NCBI GenBank assembly: GCA_023443725.1
Contig: JAEZTF010000007.1
Location: forward strand, 2,391-66,390
DNA: 64,000 bases
Direction: 5' to 3'
Source of the DNA: Candidatus Parcubacteria bacterium
Lineage (GTDB): Bacteria > Patescibacteriota > Microgenomatia > UBA12405
The first letter of the stretch is position 1, and each line of letters starts with the position of its first letter. The notes under the pieces were generated by a model that saw only the letters and a list, made by a program, of their open reading frames with translations, was not told where the DNA came from and did not search any database. Both the position numbers and the translations under genes were made by a program. Shown here piece by piece: positions 9,457 to 18,042 of this stretch.

Positions 9457-10098
9457 ATGAAATTATTTCCGTCTACTATAATTGTTTCTCGATCAATTGA
9501 TCAATCTATTAATTACACTATTGAAACGTGCCAGTCATTAGGCCATAAATCCATAATAAATAATCCTGATCTTTTTTTGATTAACCAAGAAACAGGTTGG
9601 ACTATTGATCTTGTTCGATCATTAAAAAAATTTATTTCCCAAAAACCATTTTGCCACCAAAACAAAGTCGTTATAATATCTCAAGCCGACAATCTTAATA
9701 TAGAATCACAAAATGCTCTTTTAAAAACCCTTGAAGAACCAGGAGAGAATAACTATATTTTTTTAATTACTGCTAGACCATCAAAATTATTAAATACTAT
9801 AACATCACGATGTCATTTAATAAAAATTACTAATTTGGACAACAAAAAATCTTCAAAAGAGATTATTAAAATAACTGGAAATTTTCTTAAAGACACCTCA
9901 GGGTTAGAAGAACTTTATAAAAATAAGGACCAAATTCTACCTTTTTTAAAAGAACAATTAGCCTTATTACAACAAGACTTAATTAACAAACCAAGTACAA
10001 GAACTAGTCAAATTATTCAAAGAATTATTAAATCAATTAGTATGATTGAATCAAACGTCGACCCACGTTCAGCCTTAGATTTTGTTTTTTTGGCCTAA
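9457..10098 (+). CDS. holB: DNA polymerase III delta-prime subunit (short form)
   Basis: KTLEEPGENNYIFLITARPSKLLNTITSRCHL matches the delta-prime KTLEEP / SRC motifs. Confidence 0.7.
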   Translation: MKLFPSTIIVSRSIDQSINYTIETCQSLGHKSIINNPDLFLINQETGWTIDLVRSLKKFISQKPFCHQNKVVIISQADNLNIESQNALLKTLEEPGENNYIFLITARPSKLLNTITSRCHLIKITNLDNKKSSKEIIKITGNFLKDTSGLEELYKNKDQILPFLKEQLALLQQDLINKPSTRTSQIIQRIIKSISMIESNVDPRSALDFVFLA

Positions 10099-10156
10099 TT
10101 TATTTTCCGCATTTTCCCCTTAAAAAAAGACTAAAAAGTGTTATAATGACACTAGA

Positions 10157-11284
10157 ATGTTTTCTCCGTTATTTTCAATCAATAATAAAGTTTTAAAAAA
10201 TATTGCCATCATCGAAGGTGCTAAAGCAATTATCGATGAAGCTCCTTTAATACCTGCTTACGAAAAACAATTTCAACAAGATGCAGTTGTCAGAACGGTC
10301 CATTACGGTACTAGAATTGAAGGTAACGATTTAACTTTTCAAGAAGTTGCCAAACTTGTTGAAGGTCAAAAAATAACTGCTGGAGAAAGGGACATCCAAG
10401 AGGTTATCAACTATCGAAATGTTATGAGTTATTTAGAAGAACTTTGGTCTGTTTATGATGCTGGTCTTCCACTTCCAGAAGAAAAATCAATTGATAGTAG
10501 CGATAAAAGTCGACCTTTCTTTTATAGTGAAACCATAATTAAAAAAATTCATTCTTTCACCACCAATAAAATTATTCCAGATAGTGAAGTTGGCAAATAT
10601 CGTCATCAACAAGTAGTTTTAAAAAACACTAAAACCGGCGAGATTGCCCATCGACCTCCAGCCGCAATTGAAGTTCCATATCTTATCGCTGATTTTATTG
10701 ATTGGATTAATTATCCTGAATCTCGCGAAATTCACCCAGCCATTCGTGCTGCTATCTCACAATATATTTTAGTTGCCATTCATCCTTTTATTGAAGGTAA
10801 TGGTCGTGTTAGTCGAGCTTTTGCCATGTTACCTCTTTATTCAGAAGGTTATGATATTCGTCGTTTATTTTCTCTAGAAGAATATTTTGATCGAAATGCC
10901 GAAGATTACTACAATACCCTTCAATTAACTCACCAAAAATCATCTGATATTTTCAAACGAGATATGACCGAATGGATCGAATATTTTACTCAAGCATTAG
11001 CTATTGAACTTTCTCGTGTTAAAGAAAAAGTTCAAAGTCTTTCTCGAGATATTAAACTCAAACAGAAACTTGGTGGTAAACAAGTTCATTTAAGCGAACG
11101 ACAAATTAAACTAGTCGAATATATGCAACAATTTGGTGGATTAAGAATGCCTGATGCTCAACAACTTTTACCCATGGTTAGTGATGACACTATCTGGCGA
11201 GATCTCAAAAAATTAGTTGACGATAAAGTTATCGAAAAACGTGGTTCCACCAAAGGTGCCTACTATTGTCTTGTAAATATCTAA
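10157..11284 (+). CDS. Fic family protein (Fido domain, putative AMPylator) with a C-terminal winged-helix
   Basis: Canonical Fic motif HPFIEGNGRVSRAF. N-terminal TRIEGN resembles the inhibitory (S/T)xxxE(G/N) helix. The C-terminal ~70 aa are wHTH-like. Confidence 0.85.
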   Translation: MFSPLFSINNKVLKNIAIIEGAKAIIDEAPLIPAYEKQFQQDAVVRTVHYGTRIEGNDLTFQEVAKLVEGQKITAGERDIQEVINYRNVMSYLEELWSVYDAGLPLPEEKSIDSSDKSRPFFYSETIIKKIHSFTTNKIIPDSEVGKYRHQQVVLKNTKTGEIAHRPPAAIEVPYLIADFIDWINYPESREIHPAIRAAISQYILVAIHPFIEGNGRVSRAFAMLPLYSEGYDIRRLFSLEEYFDRNAEDYYNTLQLTHQKSSDIFKRDMTEWIEYFTQALAIELSRVKEKVQSLSRDIKLKQKLGGKQVHLSERQIKLVEYMQQFGGLRMPDAQQLLPMVSDDTIWRDLKKLVDDKVIEKRGSTKGAYYCLVNI

Positions 11285-11299
11285 ACAAAAAAATACAAT

Positions 11300-11731
11300 T
11301 TGTTAATGCGTCGGTCAAATCTAAAAAATACCTTTATATTTGTTGTTTTTATTATTATTTCTTATTTAATTACATTCTATTGTTTAGCTCATCCAGATAT
11401 TATTTTTAGTTCTATCAGCCTTACTCTTTTTAACTCTCTTTCCAGTCTTATTTTTATTTATCTTTTTAATCACCAAAATTATTTTCCTGCAATTAAAAAT
11501 ATTGAACTATCTAATCAGAAAAAACAAAAAAAATATCTTAAAAAATTCCTTAAATTCGGTAAATTTATTGCCACAATTTTAACGGGTTTAATCGGCGGAC
11601 CAATTTTACTTTCTCTAAGCGTTAAACTTTTATTTCGACAACATCAATATCGATACACTATTATCGCTAGTATCTTAACTAATATAGTTTTTATCATTAT
11701 ATCCAAGGGTCTTCTCCAAATAATTTTCTAG
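11300..11731 (+). CDS. Hypothetical small membrane protein
   Basis: Three or four predicted TM helices and no recognisable motif. Confidence 0.35.
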   Translation: MLMRRSNLKNTFIFVVFIIISYLITFYCLAHPDIIFSSISLTLFNSLSSLIFIYLFNHQNYFPAIKNIELSNQKKQKKYLKKFLKFGKFIATILTGLIGGPILLSLSVKLLFRQHQYRYTIIASILTNIVFIIISKGLLQIIF

Positions 11732-11754
11732 CCTAAGTAAGCTATAATCAACTT

Positions 11755-13704
11755 ATGATCACCCTTGATTCTCCTGAATTAAAAAATATTTCTCCTGAAA
11801 AACTTGGTGAGCTATTAATTGAAGCCAAAAAAGCTTATTTCACTACCGATAAACCAATCATGGATGATCACACTTTTGATGTTTTAGAAGATATTCTTCG
11901 TCAAAAACTGCCATATCATCGAATCTTTACTAAAGCCGGCACAACAAAATTTGTCACCGGATTTGATAAAAAAAAGCATCAAATTTCTATGGGATCTCAA
12001 AATAAAGTCAACACTTTTGACGATTTAGTTCATTATTTTGAATTAAAAAGTGCTGCCGCAGGCAACGTTGATATGCGAAGCATATCTTACGTTGTCCAAC
12101 CAAAATGTGATGGTATTTCTTTAGAGATAGAGTATCAAGATGGAAAACTTGTCGATGCCGTCACTAGAGGAGACGGTAAAACAGGTGATGTAATTACTCA
12201 AAATGTCGTCAAAATGAAAAATTTTGTAATGAATATGCCAAAGGATTTTTCTGGGTCAATTCGTTGCGAGATTGTTATGTTAAATAAAGATTTTGAAAAG
12301 TTAAATCAAATTTCTACCGAGAAATATTCCAATTCTCGCAATGCCACTTCCGGTATTTCTCAAAGATTAGACGGTCAATATTCAGAATATTGTAGTCTTT
12401 ACGCTACAGATCTACTTTTTTCAAATCAATTAATCGAAAAAGAGTCTGAAAAAATAGATTTTCTAAATAAAAATGGTTTTGTCGGTGTTGAAAGTTTTCA
12501 TTGTTCTACTTTTGATGAAATAGAAAATATTTACCAAAAATTTTTATTTAAAAATAGACAAGATTATCCATTTGAAATAGACGGTTTAGTTGTAAAAATA
12601 GAAGACTTAAAAATTCAAACTCAATTAGGAATCAAAAATAATCGCCCTAAAGGTCAAGTTGCTTACAAATTTCCAGCACGTTCAAGTCAAACCAGAATCA
12701 ACAAAATTGATTGGCAAGTCGGACCAATGGGAACAATTACTCCTGTAGCCCAAGTTGACCCCATCGAAGTTTCTGGAGCTGTTATTACATATGCCTCTTT
12801 AGCTAATTACGATTTAATCAAAGAAAAAGACATTAATATTGATGACATAGTCGAGATTCAAAGAAGGGGAGATGTCATTCCTCATATTGAAAAGGTTATT
12901 ACCAAAATAAATTCTGGCCATGTTTTGGCCCCAACTCATTGTCCTTCATGTAAAACACCATTAGTTATCGATAATAAATTCATTCGTTGTCCTAATATCT
13001 CCAAATGCCCTGATCAAATTTTAGGGTCACTAAGACTTTTTTGTGACACTTTAGAAATAAAAGGTATTTCCGATAAAACCATTGCCAAGCTTTATCAATT
13101 AAATTTAATTAAACTACCTGGTGATTTTTATAATCTCAAAGTAACTGATTTTGAAAATATTGCTGGTTTAGGAAACAAATCTGGCAACAATATTGTTAAT
13201 GAAATTCAAGCTAAAAAAAATCTAACTCTTAAACAAGTCTTAGATGCTGCTATTATTCCTAACTTTAGTTCTCAAAGAATTATTCAAATCATCAATGCCG
13301 GTTTTGATACCCCAAAAAAACTTCTAAATATTACTATAGAACAACTTGAAAGTTTACCCGGTGTTCAAATTACTTTAGCCAAAAAAATCTATCAAGGTAT
13401 TCAAGACAGAAAAGATTTTATTGAATCAATATTAAAAAATATTACCTTAAAGTTAACGATTGGTAATCAGAAATCTATCATATCAGGGTTATCATTTGCT
13501 ATTACTGGAGATCTTTCTGTCCCTCGAAAAGTTTTGGAAGAAAAAATAATTTCTCTTGGGGGAAAACTATCTTCATCAGTAACTTCAAATACTGATTATT
13601 TGATTACCAACGAATTAGAGTCTAGTTCAAGCAAATTCAAAAATGCCAAAAAATTCGGCACAAAAATAATTACAGAAGATGAGTTTAATCATTTAGCAGA
13701 ATAA
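11755..13704 (+). CDS. ligA: NAD-dependent DNA ligase
   Basis: KxDG adenylation motif (KCDGIS), an OB fold, a Zn finger (CPSC...C..C), HhH repeats and a C-terminal BRCT-like segment. 649 aa. Confidence 0.9.
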   Translation: MITLDSPELKNISPEKLGELLIEAKKAYFTTDKPIMDDHTFDVLEDILRQKLPYHRIFTKAGTTKFVTGFDKKKHQISMGSQNKVNTFDDLVHYFELKSAAAGNVDMRSISYVVQPKCDGISLEIEYQDGKLVDAVTRGDGKTGDVITQNVVKMKNFVMNMPKDFSGSIRCEIVMLNKDFEKLNQISTEKYSNSRNATSGISQRLDGQYSEYCSLYATDLLFSNQLIEKESEKIDFLNKNGFVGVESFHCSTFDEIENIYQKFLFKNRQDYPFEIDGLVVKIEDLKIQTQLGIKNNRPKGQVAYKFPARSSQTRINKIDWQVGPMGTITPVAQVDPIEVSGAVITYASLANYDLIKEKDINIDDIVEIQRRGDVIPHIEKVITKINSGHVLAPTHCPSCKTPLVIDNKFIRCPNISKCPDQILGSLRLFCDTLEIKGISDKTIAKLYQLNLIKLPGDFYNLKVTDFENIAGLGNKSGNNIVNEIQAKKNLTLKQVLDAAIIPNFSSQRIIQIINAGFDTPKKLLNITIEQLESLPGVQITLAKKIYQGIQDRKDFIESILKNITLKLTIGNQKSIISGLSFAITGDLSVPRKVLEEKIISLGGKLSSSVTSNTDYLITNELESSSSKFKNAKKFGTKIITEDEFNHLAE

Positions 13705-13760
13705 CAAATCGACTGCTAACTGAACTATCAAAAATTATTTTCCCTATCTTTAGGTATATT

Positions 13761-13786
13761 TATATATCAATATATATTGATATATA
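13761..13786. promoter_or_regulatory. 26-bp perfect palindrome TATATATCAATAT|ATATTGATATATA upstream of pth
   Basis: Read directly from the sequence. It sits in the 120-bp ligA-pth intergenic region and is a candidate operator or promoter element. Confidence 0.3.
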
Positions 13787-13823
13787 TCAAATACTATCTA
13801 TGTCTCAATGATAAAATACTTTT

Positions 13824-14378
13824 ATGAAACTCATTTTTGGTTTAGGTAATCCAGATTCAAAATATAAAAACACTCGTCATAACCTTGGGCAGAAAATTAT
13901 TAAAGAATTCGTACTTAAGACATATAATCAAAAATTAAGCGTCAAAAAAAATCTTGATTCTGAAACTTTTGAAACAGGTGCAGACCTGCCTGCCGGCAGA
14001 CAGGGGAGTCAAAAAATAATTTTTGCTATTTCAACAGGTTTCATGAATAATTCAGGTATTCCAGTTAAAAAAATATCTCAATTTTATAAAATTAATCCAT
14101 CTGATATCTATATTCTCCACGACGATCTTGATTTAGGAGTAGGGGATTACCGTATTCAATTTGATCGAGGTCCAGCTGGTCATAATGGGATTAAATCAAT
14201 TATTGAAAATTTTGGTACTCAACAATTTAATCGTATTCGTATCGGTATTGGTAAGCCTCAAAATAATATTCCAGTAGAAGACTATGTTTTAGAACCTTTT
14301 TCAAAAGAAGAATCGAATATAATAAACTCTCTTACTTCAAAAATTTTTGAAGAAATTAAAAATATTATCAATTCATAA
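13824..14378 (+). CDS. pth: Peptidyl-tRNA hydrolase
   Basis: N-terminal LIFGLGNPDSKYKNTRHNLG and the catalytic His and Asp context (HDDLDL) match Pth. Confidence 0.85.
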   Translation: MKLIFGLGNPDSKYKNTRHNLGQKIIKEFVLKTYNQKLSVKKNLDSETFETGADLPAGRQGSQKIIFAISTGFMNNSGIPVKKISQFYKINPSDIYILHDDLDLGVGDYRIQFDRGPAGHNGIKSIIENFGTQQFNRIRIGIGKPQNNIPVEDYVLEPFSKEESNIINSLTSKIFEEIKNIINS

Positions 14379-14379
14379 A

Positions 14380-14450
14380 GGGCTCATAGTTAAACGGTAT
14401 AACGCGTCATTCGCATTGACGTATTCTGGGTCCAATTCCCAGTGGGTCCA
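14380..14450 (+). tRNA. tRNA-Ala (anticodon CGC) candidate
   Basis: Manual fold: acceptor GGGCTCA/TGGGTCC with the G3:U70 wobble that is the tRNA-Ala identity element; D-stem GTTA/TAAC; anticodon stem CGTCA/TGACG; loop TTCGCAT (U33, anticodon CGC, A37). The T-loop TCCAATT is atypical. No encoded CCA. Confidence 0.5.
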
Positions 14451-14455
14451 CTATC

Positions 14456-15997
14456 ATGATTAAAATAATTAAATCAGTTACAAAATCAATTGCTCACAGT
14501 GTTAAACACGACCCAGAAATCACTCGAATAAAAAACAAATATCCAAAAACCTTTAAGTTTATATCTCGTAGATTTACTAAACATCATAAATATGGACTTT
14601 ATCTAACAATTGGTGTTGCTCTAACCATTTTTTTTGCTAGTATTTTTATAAAAATTCTCAAAAATTACTTTAGTCATGCCAAATTAATTCAATTCGATCT
14701 CCGTGTTATCAATCTCTTTAGTACTTTTAGATATGAAAAATTAAATCATCAAGCTCTATTTGTTACTTATCTAGCCAAAGGTGAAATTATTGCAGTTGGA
14801 GTTATTGTTATTAGTTTGATTTTGATTTTAATTAAACAATGGCGTTTTTTAAAAGTCTTATTAATTTCTGTTTTAGGTGGAGAATTATTTGTTTGGATTA
14901 TTAAAAATTTAATTGATCGTCCCCGTCCACCTTTAGTCAGTGCTTTAGTTAATGAAACTACTTATAGTTTTCCTAGTGGGCATACTTTTGTGGCTATCGC
15001 TTTTTATGGACTCTTGGGATATTTGATTATCCAATCAGAAAGAAATAAATTTCTCAAAATCATTAGTCTAGTTTTCATATCCTTCTTAATTGTTTCTATT
15101 GGCTTATCTCGAATTTATTTAGGAGCTCATTGGCCATCAGACGTTCTAGCTAGTTTTGTTTCTGGAGCCGCTTGGTTAAGTATTTTAATTACTTGGTTAA
15201 AAATAAAAAATAAATTTATTCCCTTACCAAAACCAGAAAATCAATTTAAAAAAATAACTATTATTATTTCCAGTTTTTTATTGTTCTTAATCTGGATAAT
15301 TTTTATTATTGGTTTTTATTTTACTCATCCGCTTCAATCCAAATCAGAGATTATAGAAACTAAAACAATTATTGAAACCAAAAATATTCCTCAGCAGCTA
15401 TTTCAAAACCTTCCCAAAGTTAGTGAATCGATTAGTGGTATTGCTGCCGAACCAATAAATATGGTTTTTGTTGGAACAAAAGAAACTATTAATGACGCTT
15501 TCATTAAATCTGGTTGGTATCTCTTAGATGGACCCAGTTTAAAATCTTATTCCAAAATAATAACTTCATTATTGTTTGACCAGGCCTATCCAACTACACC
15601 AGGTTTACCAGTTTTTTGGGATACTCAACCCAGTCAATTTGCTTATGGTAAACCAACTACCCCAAAATCAATTAGTTCTCGAGAACATATTCATTTTTGG
15701 GAAACCGATTTTGTTACCCAAGATTATCAAAACATTTGGGTAGGTACTGCTCATTTTGACCAACAAATTAATAAAAAATTAGGTATGGTTATGCCTTTTC
15801 ACACTACTGAAACAAAAGTTGATATTCAAAGAGAAAACATCAAAAATGAATTAGAAAAAAATGGATTTATTCAAAAGACAGAAAAAATTGATTTAACTGG
15901 ATTATCTTATGGTATTAAAAAAGGGAGTGGTAATAGTTTTCTTACCGATGGTCAAGCCTACATTATATTCATTAAAAATAATAATGAGAAAAGATAG
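14456..15997 (+). CDS. PAP2-family lipid phosphatase fused to a C-terminal LssY_C-like domain
   Basis: Membrane N-terminal half with the PAP2 motifs KX6RP-like, PSGH (FPSGHT) and SRIYLGAHWPSD. The ~250 aa soluble C-terminal domain is of the type commonly fused to PAP2. Confidence 0.7.
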   Translation: MIKIIKSVTKSIAHSVKHDPEITRIKNKYPKTFKFISRRFTKHHKYGLYLTIGVALTIFFASIFIKILKNYFSHAKLIQFDLRVINLFSTFRYEKLNHQALFVTYLAKGEIIAVGVIVISLILILIKQWRFLKVLLISVLGGELFVWIIKNLIDRPRPPLVSALVNETTYSFPSGHTFVAIAFYGLLGYLIIQSERNKFLKIISLVFISFLIVSIGLSRIYLGAHWPSDVLASFVSGAAWLSILITWLKIKNKFIPLPKPENQFKKITIIISSFLLFLIWIIFIIGFYFTHPLQSKSEIIETKTIIETKNIPQQLFQNLPKVSESISGIAAEPINMVFVGTKETINDAFIKSGWYLLDGPSLKSYSKIITSLLFDQAYPTTPGLPVFWDTQPSQFAYGKPTTPKSISSREHIHFWETDFVTQDYQNIWVGTAHFDQQINKKLGMVMPFHTTETKVDIQRENIKNELEKNGFIQKTEKIDLTGLSYGIKKGSGNSFLTDGQAYIIFIKNNNEKR

Positions 15998-16277
15998 ACC
16001 TACGCTTTTAGGTGATCAGCTTGAAAAATTTAAAGAAACTTTAGCCAAAAGACAAAAATACATTAAAAATGATTTTCAAGCCTATGGCTTGGAATTAGCC
16101 CAAGAGTTAGGCGATTGGAAAAATCGTTCTCTCTATATTAGACTTGCCAAAAATACAGACAGAAAAGTTCTAGACAAAGCCCGATATTTTGTAAAAGACC
16201 AAAATCCAGGTGCAATAAAAACTCCATATAAACTTTTTATGTGGAAGTTAAAACAGCTCAAACTCGAACAAAAATAG
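15984..16277 (+). CDS. Hypothetical small basic protein
   Basis: ORF beginning MRKDRPTLLGDQ. It overlaps the PAP2 gene end by 14 nt and has no recognised motif. Confidence 0.35.
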   Translation: MRKDRPTLLGDQLEKFKETLAKRQKYIKNDFQAYGLELAQELGDWKNRSLYIRLAKNTDRKVLDKARYFVKDQNPGAIKTPYKLFMWKLKQLKLEQK

Positions 16278-16292
16278 TATAATAAAGAGTTT

Positions 16293-17354
16293 ATGACCTT
16301 TATCAAAAAACATCTAAAAAAAATAATTATAATTGTTATTGTTCTGTTTATTTCTGGTTTTAGTATTTATAAAGCCAACGCTAGTACCAAAACTTCAGAA
16401 ATTCCTAAATTTAACGAAAAAAAAGAAACTGTTGTTTCACCTAAAAGAGAAACCATAAAAGAAGAAATTACTTTAACAGGTTCGGTTGATGCCTCAACCA
16501 AAGCTAACCTTCAATTTCAAACTAGTGGTCAACTTGCTTGGGTCGGAGTTAAAGTAGGGGATAAGGTCAAAAAATATCAAGCTATTGCCAGTCTTAATAA
16601 AGAAGTCTTAAAAAAACAACTCCAGGCCGATTTTAATACTTATCGATCTGCTTTAGCTACTTTTGATGATACTCAAGACGACTATAAAACTGAAAAAGAC
16701 AATCTTACTTTAACCGATGACATGAAACGAATTTTAGTTCGTTCTCAAAACACTTTAGATAATTCCGTTATTAACTACGAACTTCAAGATTTGGCTATCA
16801 AGTATGCTACTTTAACCAGTCCTATTAATGGCATTGTTACCGATGTAGAACAGCCAAATAGTGGTGTCAATATTACTCCTGCTTCGGCTACTTTTTCTAT
16901 TATTGATCCAACCAGTATTTATTTCAAAGCTCAAATTGATCAGGAAGATGTTACTAGAGTAAAAGTTGGTGATAAAACTACAATTACACTTGATAGTTTT
17001 CCAGATAAAACTTTTGAATCTGAAGTCACTTATATTTCATTTACTCCAGTTTCTGGTCAAACTTCAACCGTTTACGAAATTAAATTTAAATTAGTTGGCA
17101 ACGATAATCAAGATATTTCTTATCGTTTAGGTATGGATGGTGATGCTGTTATTTCTCTTCGTCAAGTTGAAAATGCTCTTACCCTTCCCGCAGATGCTGT
17201 TCGTCAAGATAAAGACGAAACATATGTTCTTATTAAAACCGCCGACAACCAAATTTTAACTAAAAAGACAGTAAAAACTGGGATTGAAACTGATGATACT
17301 ATAGAAATTTTAGAAGGACTTTCCGAAAATGACCAAGTCGTCATCTCAAAATAA
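16293..17354 (+). CDS. Periplasmic adaptor subunit of a tripartite ABC exporter (HlyD/MacA family)
   Basis: N-terminal TM anchor, with coiled-coil and beta-barrel/lipoyl-like segments. It is immediately upstream of an ABC ATPase and an FtsX permease. Confidence 0.75.
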   Translation: MTFIKKHLKKIIIIVIVLFISGFSIYKANASTKTSEIPKFNEKKETVVSPKRETIKEEITLTGSVDASTKANLQFQTSGQLAWVGVKVGDKVKKYQAIASLNKEVLKKQLQADFNTYRSALATFDDTQDDYKTEKDNLTLTDDMKRILVRSQNTLDNSVINYELQDLAIKYATLTSPINGIVTDVEQPNSGVNITPASATFSIIDPTSIYFKAQIDQEDVTRVKVGDKTTITLDSFPDKTFESEVTYISFTPVSGQTSTVYEIKFKLVGNDNQDISYRLGMDGDAVISLRQVENALTLPADAVRQDKDETYVLIKTADNQILTKKTVKTGIETDDTIEILEGLSENDQVVISK

Positions 17355-18042
17355 TTCTAAAGTAATTTTAGAATTAAAAAATATCACCAAAACTTACATT
17401 ACGGGTACTAATCAATTTAATGCTCTAGACAACGTTAGTTTAAAAATATATCAAGGTGAATTTGTTTCTATTACTGGACCATCAGGGTCCGGCAAATCAA
17501 CTTTAATGCATATTGTAGGCCTACTCGATAATCCTACCTCTGGTGAAGTTTTATTAGAAGGTCGTGATATTTCTCAACTTAAAGAACATCAGTTAGCTCA
17601 AATTAGAAATATAACGTTGGGTTTTGTATTTCAACAATTCAACCTTTTGCCAAAAACATCATCTTTAGAAAATGTCTTATTACCATTACTTTATTCTGAT
17701 GTTCCCAAAAAAGATCGTCAAAAAATTGGCACGGATCTTCTAATCAAAGTTGGTTTAGGAGACAAATTTAGCAACACTCCTGCACAACTTTCTGGAGGAC
17801 AACAACAGCGAGTTGCTATTGCCAGAGCTTTAGTTAATAATCCAAAAATTATTTTAGCCGATGAACCTACTGGTAATTTAGACAGTAAATCAGGAGAAGA
17901 AATAATGAAATTTTTTCATCAATTAAATAAAGAAGAGGGTAGAACTATTGTTTTTGTCACTCATGATATGGATTTGGCCAAACAAGCCAATCGAACTATT
18001 ATTATAAAAGACGGCAAAATATCGGAGGAAAAACATGCTTAA
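17329..18042 (+). CDS. ABC transporter ATP-binding protein (MacB/LolD-type)
   Basis: Walker [10 protein letters not shown], signature [15 protein letters not shown] and Walker [12 protein letters not shown]. Confidence 0.9.
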   Translation: MTKSSSQNNSKVILELKNITKTYITGTNQFNALDNVSLKIYQGEFVSITGPSGSGKSTLMHIVGLLDNPTSGEVLLEGRDISQLKEHQLAQIRNITLGFVFQQFNLLPKTSSLENVLLPLLYSDVPKKDRQKIGTDLLIKVGLGDKFSNTPAQLSGGQQQRVAIARALVNNPKIILADEPTGNLDSKSGEEIMKFFHQLNKEEGRTIVFVTHDMDLAKQANRTIIIKDGKISEEKHA

